From Negativicutes bacterium (GTDB taxonomy: Bacteria; Bacillota; Negativicutes; UBA1444): a stretch of 64,000 nucleotides of DNA. The first letter of the stretch is position 1, and the number at the start of each line of letters is the position of its first letter. This document shows positions 20,601-29,844 of this stretch, piece by piece. The position numbers and the translations under genes are program-made. Where the stretch lies: the NCBI GenBank assembly GCA_963665275.2, contig CAXXIN010000013.1:64001-128000 (forward strand), given 5' to 3'. Under the pieces are notes generated by a model. The model was not told where the DNA came from. It was given only the letters and a program-made list of their open reading frames with translations, and ran no database searches.

Positions 20601-21059
20601 TTGGTCACCCCGATAAAAACGGTCGGGAAAAATCTGGTACATGATCCCATTCGTGTACCACTCCGGAACCTTAGCCTTCACGTCATACACCGTAATCTGC
20701 CAATCAGCCTCCGGCACGGCTCCGAATTCGACGCCTTCTCCGCCCATCCCGTCGCCCGGTGCACCGTATCCAAAGGAACGGTCTTCACACCTGATCTGAA
20801 AATGATACCAGAGCAACCCTGGCTCCGGCGGCGCACTTATCTGGAACCGGAAGCGGAAGCAAACCGGCGTCTCCTCAACGGTGAAGGGTTCGAGAATCAA
20901 TTCCCCGGTTGCCTTGGACCACATCCTCAGGTTGACGGATTGCGGCATGCCAACTGTACTAGCATCAATATAAAGATTGACCGTCGTTCCGCATGGAACA
21001 GCTCCGAACGGACGACGGTACTGGCTATCATGGGAGTCATGGTAAAAGGAACAACTCAT
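17616..21059 (-). CDS. malQ: GH13 neopullulanase/amylopullulanase-like domain fused to GH77 4-alpha-glucanotransferase
   Basis: YQIFPDRF, GWRLDVVDE, IGEVWED, GSHD; then GILLHPTSLPG, SPY, GVPPDYFS, RIDHFRG, TGTHDNDT, RMNLPG. Confidence 0.9.
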   Translation of the reverse strand: MSCSFYHDSHDSQYRRPFGAVPCGTTVNLYIDASTVGMPQSVNLRMWSKATGELILEPFTVEETPVCFRFRFQISAPPEPGLLWYHFQIRCEDRSFGYGAPGDGMGGEGVEFGAVPEADWQITVYDVKAKVPEWYTNGIMYQIFPDRFYRGDQPSPLPELPAGGLYHPHWNDSPFYAKDPQTGDIAAYDFFGGTLDGVTDKLSYLKSLGVTILYMNPIFESVSNHKYDTGDYKKVDAQFGGDEAFARLQAAASAAGIHLILDGVFSHTGSDSPYFQAALRSKDSPSYPWYRFTEYPDKYDCWWGVTTLPNVNEMEPSYRDFIISGPDSVIKHWLKRGAAGWRLDVVDELPGEFVQEMYRELKATDPEAVLIGEVWEDASRKESYGILREYLLGRELDSVINYPFRSAVIDFFTGHCDADASMRRLISLSENYPAPYFYATMNVLGSHDVPRALTLLGGAAPENQLTKLEQARYHLPAAARRVAVERLKLAALIQFASPGVPCIYYGDEAGLEGHSDPQNRRTYPWGNEEAELVEWYQRLATIRRSEAVLRTGRWVPLSAGADIFAFGRRTDEGRDVLGSVMPDAAALVFVNRSEAVVEWVVDISSVCFGPLREILGQENALYLPDEKGLLSITLPPLSAILLKAAVHPLFSARHSGILLHPTSLPGPYGIGDLGPAAHTFVDWLAAAGQTLWQVLPLTPVDSTGSPYQSASAFAGNPLLISPEDLLARGLLQELLPPAGLCDGKVEYEKVSAWKNTLLRVAYTNFRQQPEPEDYLDFCRNAAAWIEDYVWFRALKDFHAGAAWTEWDAGVAHREPEALQRYKAKLETEIGFHRFVQYIFFSQWDKLHRHATAKGIKIVGDLPIFIAHDSADVWAFPQLCSLDKHGRPKTCAGVPPDYFSRTGQRWGNPHYDWTQHAADDYSWWIRRLQWLFRSVDAIRIDHFRGFEAFWEIPTRAKTAIRGKWVKGPAAHFFNALLRQLGEIPILAEDLGVITPEVVKLKESFFLPGMAIMPFLIWPDPDGKGYHLPNPQPNTFYYTGTHDNDTLLGWLKFAQVKQPELYAGALAYAQASPDIPLQELVRALVERVMSSVARVAMIPAQDWLGLDTEARMNLPGTAAGNWSWRLNGTELTPELAAEIRALVIKTARN

Positions 21060-21084
21060 GAGGTACCCTCCCTGCAGGGATATC

Positions 21085-22110
21085 TTATATCATTTTATTC
21101 AGATCACGATTTCCGCCTAATCTCCATAAGCTTATTTTATAAATGCCCCGTTCTTTTGCTAGGCTGCTCCAATAATTCAGGGTCTTTACATCAGCATACC
21201 ACACTTGGTAATGAACCCCGTCATTTTCATATTCAAAAAACTGACTCTGGCTGTCTTTATCCCGTTGCGGCACGGCATCATAGGTCGCAGACAGCACTTG
21301 CGCTTCCGCTTCCGTCACCAGTTGCTTTTTCCCATTGGATCCCCATACACAGCCACCTGTCGCAAATGCAACCGATTTTTCTCCCGGCAGGCTGTCCATT
21401 TGGGTCAAGAGAGTTTGAATGAAAGTTTTATTCGCTTTGGGGCCTGGACCACTATGCATCCCATACAGGTTATAAAACATGACAATATACTCCGGTCCAT
21501 TGGCAAACGCCGTTGAGGCAAACGGAGTATTCGGCTCCAAAACAACCCTAACTTTCAAATTTTTGTTCCGGGCACGTGGATATAGTTTATTGACAAACCG
21601 CAAAAAAAGTTGCCCTACGGGTTCATCCTTCCATACTCTCTCATAATCAATTTCCAATCCATCATAGCCGCCTTCCAGGGTCAAGGCGATGATGTCATCG
21701 ATATGTTTATCCATGGAAGCCTCATTCGACAGCAGTCGGCGCAGGACTTCCGTATCCTTGAGCACAACGGTTCCATCGATAACCTTCTTGTCATTGACAA
21801 ACGAAAGATAAGTTTCATAGGGCATTTTCTTACGTTTATGCTCGCTTTTTATCTCGCGAATCGCCGCCGGTATGAATAGTCGATCCAATTCGTCATAATA
21901 GGCGCCGAAATAAACAAGTTTCCCGGCCTTGTTGCCCATTTTGACCAAATCTTTGCCGCCCGCGTCCAAATCCCAATAAGCCAACCAGACCGATCTATTG
22001 ATATCCTCTTTCTCCATGGATTTGGCGATCAGGTGATTGCTTTGCGAGCACCCTGCCAAAACAAGAAAAACGACCAGCAACATAACAGCTTTACCCAATT
22101 TATGCTTCAC
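21085..22110 (-). CDS. GH18-like glycoside hydrolase, predicted lipoprotein
   Basis: VLAGC lipobox; YDGLEIDYE (variant DxxDxDxE); MFYNL; SLWRLGG. Confidence 0.75.
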   Translation of the reverse strand: MKHKLGKAVMLLVVFLVLAGCSQSNHLIAKSMEKEDINRSVWLAYWDLDAGGKDLVKMGNKAGKLVYFGAYYDELDRLFIPAAIREIKSEHKRKKMPYETYLSFVNDKKVIDGTVVLKDTEVLRRLLSNEASMDKHIDDIIALTLEGGYDGLEIDYERVWKDEPVGQLFLRFVNKLYPRARNKNLKVRVVLEPNTPFASTAFANGPEYIVMFYNLYGMHSGPGPKANKTFIQTLLTQMDSLPGEKSVAFATGGCVWGSNGKKQLVTEAEAQVLSATYDAVPQRDKDSQSQFFEYENDGVHYQVWYADVKTLNYWSSLAKERGIYKISLWRLGGNRDLNKMI

Positions 22111-22129
22111 ACAAAGCCTCCCACGGCAA

Positions 22130-23998
22130 TTACAAGTTAACGATGAACCAGTTGATCAGAGTTTCCCACCACTGTTTCAGGTTATATTTTACAGCGTCCC
22201 ATCCTTGCAGTTTTCCATCGAACAGAACGCGTTCCTTCTCTGCTCCCGTGTTCTCAGTAATAACCAGTTTTTCGAATACACCATCATAAACATCATCCGC
22301 TAAGTTTCTTTGGCTCCAGCCGGATGCTTTCCAGCCTGATTCCAAATAAACCTTGCCGCCCTGCAAAACAGTAACCGCTACATCTTGAACGGCACTCTTG
22401 CCATCCACCATCACACTCAGTTTATCACCTTTGAGTGAAATCGTCAGCATGCGGTCGCCTTTAGCGTGAACACTAATTGTCGGTATGTATTCCGGAGCAC
22501 CTTCGGCAACACTAGGAACTTTCTCCAATTCCTTGTTTTTAAGTCGTTCAGCATAAATCTTCGCTTTTTCCGCCGATGTCGCATACCTTACGAAAGTTTC
22601 CAGTTCGCGTATTTCGGCGGCTTTCTTGTCTTCAGGAATCGATATGGGAGCCTTGCCATCGTGTTTATCCAAATTCAACTTGTGCAATACTTTTTCGGCG
22701 CCGCCGGTTCTTTCCCGCACATATAAAAAGTTGTCGGTGATGTCCACAGACAGATATCGGTTTAAGCTATTATCGGCCCTGAGATAAATACCCTGAGTCC
22801 CCACTTTATTTCCCTTGAGGTGTACCGAGACTTTCGCGTCCGCGAAGTCGGCATTGTTTCGCAAGCGAACCAAGCCGTTATCTTTGGGCAAACAAGTTAA
22901 AATCATCGTTTCGTTTTGGATCTCAAAAGCGCCTTTCAACGTATCCCAGGCTTGCTGACGCGATAAATCGCCACGAACAAATTCCATTTTTTGAAGGTTG
23001 TCATATTTGATGCGCATCAGCAAATGGTTGGTATACCAATAAGCTTGCGGCTGCATCCTAGTCAAATCATACGGACTGCTGTTTTTGACATTGAAAGAAA
23101 AGCCTTCCCTGTTAAAGTTGAGCTTGAATAGTTCTTTGATCCACTGCTCGTTCACGGCGCTCACTTTGTCGTTATTCCCGAAACTGCCGGTATTGGAATG
23201 CATTAAAATATAAAGTTTGGGTACATAACCAATCGCACTATTATATTGTTTTCGCAGCGTATCATAATCATACGAAATACGATCTTTCATTTTTTCATAG
23301 CTTTCTTTGGGAACGAAGTACTCATCGCGAACATAATCCATCAAATAATGATTGTATTTCCGGCCCAAATACGACATCACGCTGCTATGTTCCAACGGTT
23401 CCAATTCGCCCAAATAATTGTCGTAGCGATCAAAAACATTGATAAACGCCAGTCGGTAACCATTGGTTCCCATTTCCCAATAAGTAGTTCTTTCAAGGTC
23501 GACTAACTCTTCCGGCATTAAAAATTTAGTATCTTTTTTTTCAAACTTTTCCGGGTAAGTCAGCATGGTTGCCTTAAAATTCAAGTCTTCCAATATTTTT
23601 TGCGAAAAGATTGCCGTATCCCGGCGCCCATCCTCAAACATCAAAAATAGTGATTTTTCGGGAAGTATTTTGCCCGTTTGGTAATAATTGATAACATCTT
23701 GCTGCGTTATTGTCACATAGCCCTGATCTTTCAGCGCCTGCAAATGTTCTTGCAACCGTCCCACGCCTATGAGATTTTGATCGCCGATACGTTCCACACC
23801 AAAATAAGAAAGCGCAACGAACCCCCTGTCGCCTGCGAACCGGGTATTGGCTCGAGACACCGGTTCATAGGCGGTTAAGGTGACAATAGAGACGACAATG
23901 ATGGCCAACAATACGAGCAGTATCAGGCCTTGGAAAACACCACGGATAATTTTGTTTCTATTTTTGCGGCTTGTGTATTTTTCATCGTATGTCTTCAT
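22130..23998 (-). CDS. Membrane-anchored PgaB/IcaB-like polysaccharide deacetylase with C-terminal beta-sandwich region
   Basis: N-terminal TM; LKDQGYVTI...LPEKSLFLMFEDG (variant TFDDG). Confidence 0.65.
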   Translation of the reverse strand: MKTYDEKYTSRKNRNKIIRGVFQGLILLVLLAIIVVSIVTLTAYEPVSRANTRFAGDRGFVALSYFGVERIGDQNLIGVGRLQEHLQALKDQGYVTITQQDVINYYQTGKILPEKSLFLMFEDGRRDTAIFSQKILEDLNFKATMLTYPEKFEKKDTKFLMPEELVDLERTTYWEMGTNGYRLAFINVFDRYDNYLGELEPLEHSSVMSYLGRKYNHYLMDYVRDEYFVPKESYEKMKDRISYDYDTLRKQYNSAIGYVPKLYILMHSNTGSFGNNDKVSAVNEQWIKELFKLNFNREGFSFNVKNSSPYDLTRMQPQAYWYTNHLLMRIKYDNLQKMEFVRGDLSRQQAWDTLKGAFEIQNETMILTCLPKDNGLVRLRNNADFADAKVSVHLKGNKVGTQGIYLRADNSLNRYLSVDITDNFLYVRERTGGAEKVLHKLNLDKHDGKAPISIPEDKKAAEIRELETFVRYATSAEKAKIYAERLKNKELEKVPSVAEGAPEYIPTISVHAKGDRMLTISLKGDKLSVMVDGKSAVQDVAVTVLQGGKVYLESGWKASGWSQRNLADDVYDGVFEKLVITENTGAEKERVLFDGKLQGWDAVKYNLKQWWETLINWFIVNL

Positions 23999-24001
23999 GA
24001 T

Positions 24002-25840
24002 CTACGCCTTTGCCTGTTTTACTGCAGGCTTTTTCAGCATTGAAGCAAGGTCGGCAGGTGTCATGCGGGTGCCCCAGGTTGTCTTCCAGAAAGTTACCCA
24101 GGCAATGGGCATCTGCCAGAGCAATATGACCTCATAATATAAACAAAACCAGAGACCAAAACTCCAGGTCGAGCTTTTTCTGAGAAACAATTGCGCCATA
24201 CTCATCAGCAAGGCCATTAATACAAGACCAAAAAGGAAGGTCATCGGCCAAACCCGATGGACGATCGGAATATAGATCAGATTGTATAGCACGACCACCG
24301 GCGCCAGTATCGGTATCAGCAGGCCCATATAGAACGAAAGGGCCATAAAAGGTTCCTTCCTCCACATAAATCGAGCTGCAATCAAAGACTCTCTCAACCA
24401 TGAACGTTTCCAGCGCATTTGCTGTTTCAAAAAAACACTATGAGTACTGGGCACAATCGTGGCGCATATTGCAGTATCTTGATAACAAGTACGGTTGTGG
24501 CGCAAGATGAAGTTCGTCATGCTGCGGTCATCGCCGAAGGTGGCTCTTTCACCCAAAAACTTTTGATTTCGCCAGTCTTCCAGATACTTCAAAATCAAGT
24601 CTTTGCGGTAACAGGCCAGCGGCCCGGATAAACAGGTCACTGCATCAAAGTAACTTTCGGCGGCCTTCATGATACGAAATGCAATATAATAGCGTACGGA
24701 CTGCATTTTCGTCAACGCGCTGGAAAAAGTATTGGCAACATCGGTTCTGCCGGACACCCCACCCATTTCTTCATCCTTGAAGGGCTGAACAAGATTGCGA
24801 ATCGCAAAAGGATCCAAAAAACTGTCGGAGTCAACAAACACCATCAGCTCATGCTTGGCCATTAAAGAGCCTACCGCCATCGCTTCGCGTTTCCCGGCAT
24901 TTTTTGCTTGCCGGATATAACGAATCCGGTTTTGGGTATCATAACGGCTTTCTTTTATTTTCAGTTCATCAACAATTTCTTTAATTCTTTCAAATGAGTT
25001 GTCATTGGAGCAATCATCAACAACGATGACTTCCAATTTATCCAGCGGATAATCTTGGTTAATGCAGCCTAAAATCGTTCTTTGAATCATCTGTTCTTCG
25101 TCAAAGCAAGGAATAACAATGGAAACCCCCGGCGTAAAGTCGGGATCAATTGGGACTGGACGATAAAACATCGCAACGAAATATCGACTCAACAAAAAGG
25201 TAGCCGCAATAATACTATACAGGTACAGGTATTTATTAAATTTGAAGTAAAGAATACTTTCGACCCGCATCAACATAACGCAGGCTACGATTACGAACAA
25301 GAAAAATGAAGCCGCCGATATCATATACCAGTTTTTTTTCTTGGAGGCATATTGCGCAATCGTCTCGGAAAATTGAACGGCGCATTGGACTTTCCCGTTG
25401 TTTGCGTTGCCAAGCCGCATTATTTTCGCTGCAATATTGACACTCATCTCATAACCTTCCGGCATTGTACCGGGAACTATGGTAAATTTAAGCCGGACTT
25501 GTTCCCCTGGTTGCATGTCTTTGGCGTCTTCCTGGGATATTTCCAACAACATTCCTGTCGTAGATATGTCGATACTTTTCCCGCCACAGCTACTATTTCT
25601 AAAGGCAGAAGCATAGTGGACCGCGACATCATAATTAACCAAATAACGCCGTCCGCCTTTTTCATTTTCAATAAGCGCCGCAACATCACTTGATTGTTCA
25701 TTACTTATAGCCTGACGTCGGTCAGTATTGCTCCGCACATTTTCTTTATCCGGCACTTTGGAAAGCAGCCTGCGATCGGGTTTCCCTACCGGCAACACCT
25801 CGGAAATATCTTTAAGTACTGGTTGAAAAAACTGATCCAC
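24002..25840 (-). CDS. Processive GT2 synthase (hyaluronan synthase/NodC-like) with N-terminal PilZ domain
   Basis: DISTTG PilZ motif; VDDCS, GKR, VDSDS, SGPL.CYR, GDDR.MTN, QQMRW; TM helices on both sides. Confidence 0.85.
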   Translation of the reverse strand: MDQFFQPVLKDISEVLPVGKPDRRLLSKVPDKENVRSNTDRRQAISNEQSSDVAALIENEKGGRRYLVNYDVAVHYASAFRNSSCGGKSIDISTTGMLLEISQEDAKDMQPGEQVRLKFTIVPGTMPEGYEMSVNIAAKIMRLGNANNGKVQCAVQFSETIAQYASKKKNWYMISAASFFLFVIVACVMLMRVESILYFKFNKYLYLYSIIAATFLLSRYFVAMFYRPVPIDPDFTPGVSIVIPCFDEEQMIQRTILGCINQDYPLDKLEVIVVDDCSNDNSFERIKEIVDELKIKESRYDTQNRIRYIRQAKNAGKREAMAVGSLMAKHELMVFVDSDSFLDPFAIRNLVQPFKDEEMGGVSGRTDVANTFSSALTKMQSVRYYIAFRIMKAAESYFDAVTCLSGPLACYRKDLILKYLEDWRNQKFLGERATFGDDRSMTNFILRHNRTCYQDTAICATIVPSTHSVFLKQQMRWKRSWLRESLIAARFMWRKEPFMALSFYMGLLIPILAPVVVLYNLIYIPIVHRVWPMTFLFGLVLMALLMSMAQLFLRKSSTWSFGLWFCLYYEVILLWQMPIAWVTFWKTTWGTRMTPADLASMLKKPAVKQAKA

Positions 25841-25873
25841 ATGCCGCCCCCCTCTCCGTCATCGATAAGAAAT

Positions 25874-28504
25874 TTATCTTCCGCTATTATGTTGAGTTGT
25901 CAATTCCAATGATTTTTTACGATCGATTTGGGAATATCCCTGAATTAAATAATCCGACAATTGCCCGATTCTAAACTTGGTTGGATCCGAATCCCGTTTG
26001 TTTTCGTTGGCTGTCAACAATAGATCCAAAGCTACGGCAGTATAGATGGACGTATCCGACATGTGCATAACCAGGATCGCCCCTTTATTCACCTCACCGT
26101 TTTCAGTGTAAATCCCTTCCTTGAAGCGTTTTACAAGCTCGGCAACACTTTTCGCATCATAATCATGCGTACTATAAGAGCCTTGGACAATGAATTCAAA
26201 ACCAGCTTTGAAAACCGAGTCCACTCCATCTTTATTGATTGCCAGCTGTGGCGGTCGAAAGAAACGCGTCAATGAGTATTTACCGTTAACTGCCACGTCG
26301 CCTACCACGTCACGGAGTTTATGAAAGGAAGCTATCAGTTCCTGAACATATTCATCCCTGTTGTCCTGTGTTTTCACCTGTTTGCCGAGATTGGGATCCC
26401 GGACTGCCATGGGTTTGTGCTGATCCGAATGGTTGCCGATCTCATGTCCCTCCAACGCCATGGTCCTCAGTAGGTTGGGATTGTTCAGGACGGTTCTCGT
26501 GAGAATAAAGAACGTACCGAATACGTTATGCTTCCTGAGGACATAAAGCAGCTTGTTGATGGAAGCATCGGTTCCCCAGTCGTCAAAGGTCAGGAAAATG
26601 ACATTATCGCTAGCATGAACCAGTCCGCTCTTATCAAGGCGACGGGTTTCCATTTTAGAAAAATCGATGATTCGATCTTCGTCATTAACATCTATGTTCC
26701 CGATATAACGCTGGGACAGTTTGGTCACGAGACTTTTGTTTTCGCCTTCGAAAGCCGGAGTATCTTTCAGCAGCTGTGGCGGAACGTTCTTTAGGTCAAC
26801 GGGATAACGATAAAGAAATTTTTTGTTGCTGAGAAGGGTCCCCACAGGTTTGATCGTGTAACGGGAGTTATTGGACTTGTTATTTTCAGGGTTGTCATAA
26901 AACGTTGAATACGCGATATTATCAATTTTTTTGAGCTTGATAAGCTCTATTAAATTACCAACCAGCAAATTGTTGGTGTAATAATCCATCCGAAAATGCA
27001 CAATTTGGCCGCGGGCCAAAGAAAATAGGGACTTGGGAAAGATTTCATCAGCGACTTGGTCTGCTGTTGCATAATCTTTATGCTTGGTTTGAACCACGGT
27101 TACAGATTGCCCAATCATCACGCAACCCTGCGAGGAAACCGCCTGCATCGTCGCATCGGCAATCGCTCCGCCGGGCTGTTTCACCAGGTTGGTTTTGACT
27201 CCATATTGCGATTGCAGAACTTTGCGGCCAGAGAGTATCCGTTTTTCGACCTGATCCTGCGTTTCGCCCTCTTTAGGCCGTATCGCCAATCCAACTTCGT
27301 GCCCGCCTGCCAAGATCTGGCGAACAAGCTTCGGATACTGCTGCAATTCCAATTCTGTTACGAAGAACGTTCCAGCAACCTCCAATTGTTTCAAGCGATT
27401 CAGAACATCATTCACTACCGGTTCATTTGATAGTCCCGAAAACGAATAGGCTAATGCCGGTTCGGTTGTATAAATCATTTTGACTTCTTTATCAGGAAGG
27501 CCGATAATTTCCGCTGCGTATACTTTGCGAAGTGTAAACAAGCTCACTAACTCTTCATGGATAAAGTCAATCGCCTTGCCCACCGACCAACTTCCAGCCT
27601 TTGTTGTTGGGAATGAATCGACATAGACCGTCGCTATTTTCTCCTGAGCAAGTGCATTCAGCAGTTTTTCCACAGTCGCGACGATATCTTTTTCGCCCAC
27701 ATCCACAGGCTGCGCCAATACTTTCAAACCTGGCTGCTTGTCAATAGCCGGTTTTAAGTCGATTTTTCCTTTTTCATCGACAATCAGATCTGGATTAGGC
27801 TTCAATTTCACAGAGACAATACTGCCCGGGCGAATCTTATTGACGAAGCTTCGCGCCGCTTGGTCAGAATTCACATTTTTTGCGGTTACAAAAGTATCGC
27901 TCTTCACGACACTCTTGAAGCCGCAGGCTTTGGCCGCCTGCAATACTGGGTCTGTATATTTCGTATCGTTGGCTTTCAACAGATTAGGGCCATTATCCGA
28001 GGTCACCTTGATGATTTTTTGCGAGCGGCAAAAATCCTTTACCAAGCGTTCCGTCGGTAGCGTCTCCATTTTTGTCAACCCAATGAGGGTATAGTTTTCA
28101 ATCTTGTGGCCCGCTTTTCTGATATTCACAACGGTTTGAGGATCTTCAGCCGTTTGAATCCCATCAACAAAAAACGTAGCTTTGGCTTTATATTTGTCCA
28201 ATAAATCCAAAATTCTCTGCATCACGGCGCGATCCGTCAGTCCGTCGAACGTTAGAGCGATCTGGCGCTGATTGTCTGTGGCGCCGGTCGTAATCATTGC
28301 TTTCTCCGGATTCTTCTTCATGCGGTCCATCGCAGCAGCGATTTCGGCATCCGCATTATAGGCACTGCTCAAATCGGTTATATTTCGATATCCCCCGCCG
28401 GTCTGTTGCGTGAAATAACTTTTAAAGAAAAATACCCAACTCAAAGCCGCTACGATGAGCAGCACAACAAGCAACGAAATCACTTTTCCTCTCAAGCATA
28501 TCAC
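25874..28504 (-). CDS. Polysaccharide deacetylase with three NodB/CE4 domains
   Basis: LTFDGL, YSFSGL and LTFDDWG starts; only the third has HEIGNHSDQH, RPP and LVMH. Confidence 0.8.
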   Translation of the reverse strand: MICLRGKVISLLVVLLIVAALSWVFFFKSYFTQQTGGGYRNITDLSSAYNADAEIAAAMDRMKKNPEKAMITTGATDNQRQIALTFDGLTDRAVMQRILDLLDKYKAKATFFVDGIQTAEDPQTVVNIRKAGHKIENYTLIGLTKMETLPTERLVKDFCRSQKIIKVTSDNGPNLLKANDTKYTDPVLQAAKACGFKSVVKSDTFVTAKNVNSDQAARSFVNKIRPGSIVSVKLKPNPDLIVDEKGKIDLKPAIDKQPGLKVLAQPVDVGEKDIVATVEKLLNALAQEKIATVYVDSFPTTKAGSWSVGKAIDFIHEELVSLFTLRKVYAAEIIGLPDKEVKMIYTTEPALAYSFSGLSNEPVVNDVLNRLKQLEVAGTFFVTELELQQYPKLVRQILAGGHEVGLAIRPKEGETQDQVEKRILSGRKVLQSQYGVKTNLVKQPGGAIADATMQAVSSQGCVMIGQSVTVVQTKHKDYATADQVADEIFPKSLFSLARGQIVHFRMDYYTNNLLVGNLIELIKLKKIDNIAYSTFYDNPENNKSNNSRYTIKPVGTLLSNKKFLYRYPVDLKNVPPQLLKDTPAFEGENKSLVTKLSQRYIGNIDVNDEDRIIDFSKMETRRLDKSGLVHASDNVIFLTFDDWGTDASINKLLYVLRKHNVFGTFFILTRTVLNNPNLLRTMALEGHEIGNHSDQHKPMAVRDPNLGKQVKTQDNRDEYVQELIASFHKLRDVVGDVAVNGKYSLTRFFRPPQLAINKDGVDSVFKAGFEFIVQGSYSTHDYDAKSVAELVKRFKEGIYTENGEVNKGAILVMHMSDTSIYTAVALDLLLTANENKRDSDPTKFRIGQLSDYLIQGYSQIDRKKSLELTTQHNSGR

Positions 28505-28513
28505 CCCTTACAA

Positions 28514-29844
28514 TTATAGGCTCCAGTAAGAATATCCATGGTCTTCCATTGTTTGCTGGTCAAAGATATTCTTAACGTCGATAAGTACGGGTTGAGTGCT
28601 GCCGTCCTGCGGTTTAAACATCCGATCCAAATCTGCCAGCTGCAGCTCGGCAAACTGGCGATGCGCAACTAGAAACACCAAACAATCGGCGTTCACCACT
28701 TCGTGCAAGTCCACCAGCTCCGCATTCAATTCGGTGTGAAGCTCGTCGGCATCGATGAAAGGATCCGCAACTTTCACACGAAGGCCAAATGAACTGAGAT
28801 GCTTGAAAACATCTACCGCTTTGGAATTGCGCATATCGGGGACGTTTTCTTTGAATGTCAGTCCTAATATATATATATTGGCTTTACTGACATGCAGGCC
28901 CGCCAGAATCATCTTCTTGATGACTCTGTCCGCAACATAAAAGCCCATATCATCATTAATTTTACGGCCGGCTGCGATGATCTGCGAATGATATCCCAGT
29001 TTTTCAGCCTGATAGATGAAATAATAAGGATCAACGCCGATGCAGTGCCCGCCGACCAGCCCCGGATAGAACCCCAACGCATTCCATTTGGTGTTCATGG
29101 CTTCAATCACATCCAGGGTCTTTAGCCCCATCCGATCAAACACCATCGCCAATTCGTTCATAAATGCGATGTTAATATCGCGTTGGGCATTTTCAACCAG
29201 CTTAGCCGCTTCAGCCACCTTAATACTAGTGGCTTTGAAGATTCCCGCTGTAATGATTAATTCATAAATAGCAGCAATATCATTGCAGGTTTGTTCATCC
29301 ATCCCCGATACAATTTTTCGGATGTTTTCCAGCCTGTGAACTTTATCGCCGGGATTAATCCGCTCCGGCGAATAGCCAATTTTGAAGTCCTCACCACAGA
29401 CTAATTTCGACTTATTCTCCAGTATCGGAGCGCAAACTTCCTCGGTAACCCCGGATATACTGTCGATTCGAAGACAACGATGCAACCCGGGGATAGATTG
29501 GCCCCGACCATTTCACAAGCACTGATTACCGGCGCCAGATTCGGAGTTTTGTCTCCATTAACAGGCGTTGGTACAGCTACAATAATCACTTTGGCTTCTT
29601 TTAACCTGGCTGGATCTGTCGTAAACTCCAGCGTTGTTTGCTGCACTTTTTCATTACCGATTTCATTCGTCGGATCAACACCGTGCAAATACAGTTCAAT
29701 CTTTTCATGATTGACATCAAAACCAATGGTTTTTACTTTCTCAGCAAAGGCTACAGCCAGCGGCAATCCGACATAGCCTAGCCCGACCACCGCTAAATAT
29801 TCATGCCCATCCCGAACTCCAGCAAAGGTATTGACCATTTCCAT
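28514..29844 (-). CDS. UDP-N-acetylhexosamine 6-dehydrogenase (WbpO/TviB-like), frameshift at 29449-29452
   Basis: GLGYVGLP, FESTVYPG|VTEE, YSPERINPG, GLVGGHCIGVDPYY; one extra G in the G4 run restores the frame. Confidence 0.85.

Noticed and set aside
21060-21085. Attachment site or target duplication at the island border
   Set aside because: No matching direct repeat found at the 63.5 kb border and no recombinase gene
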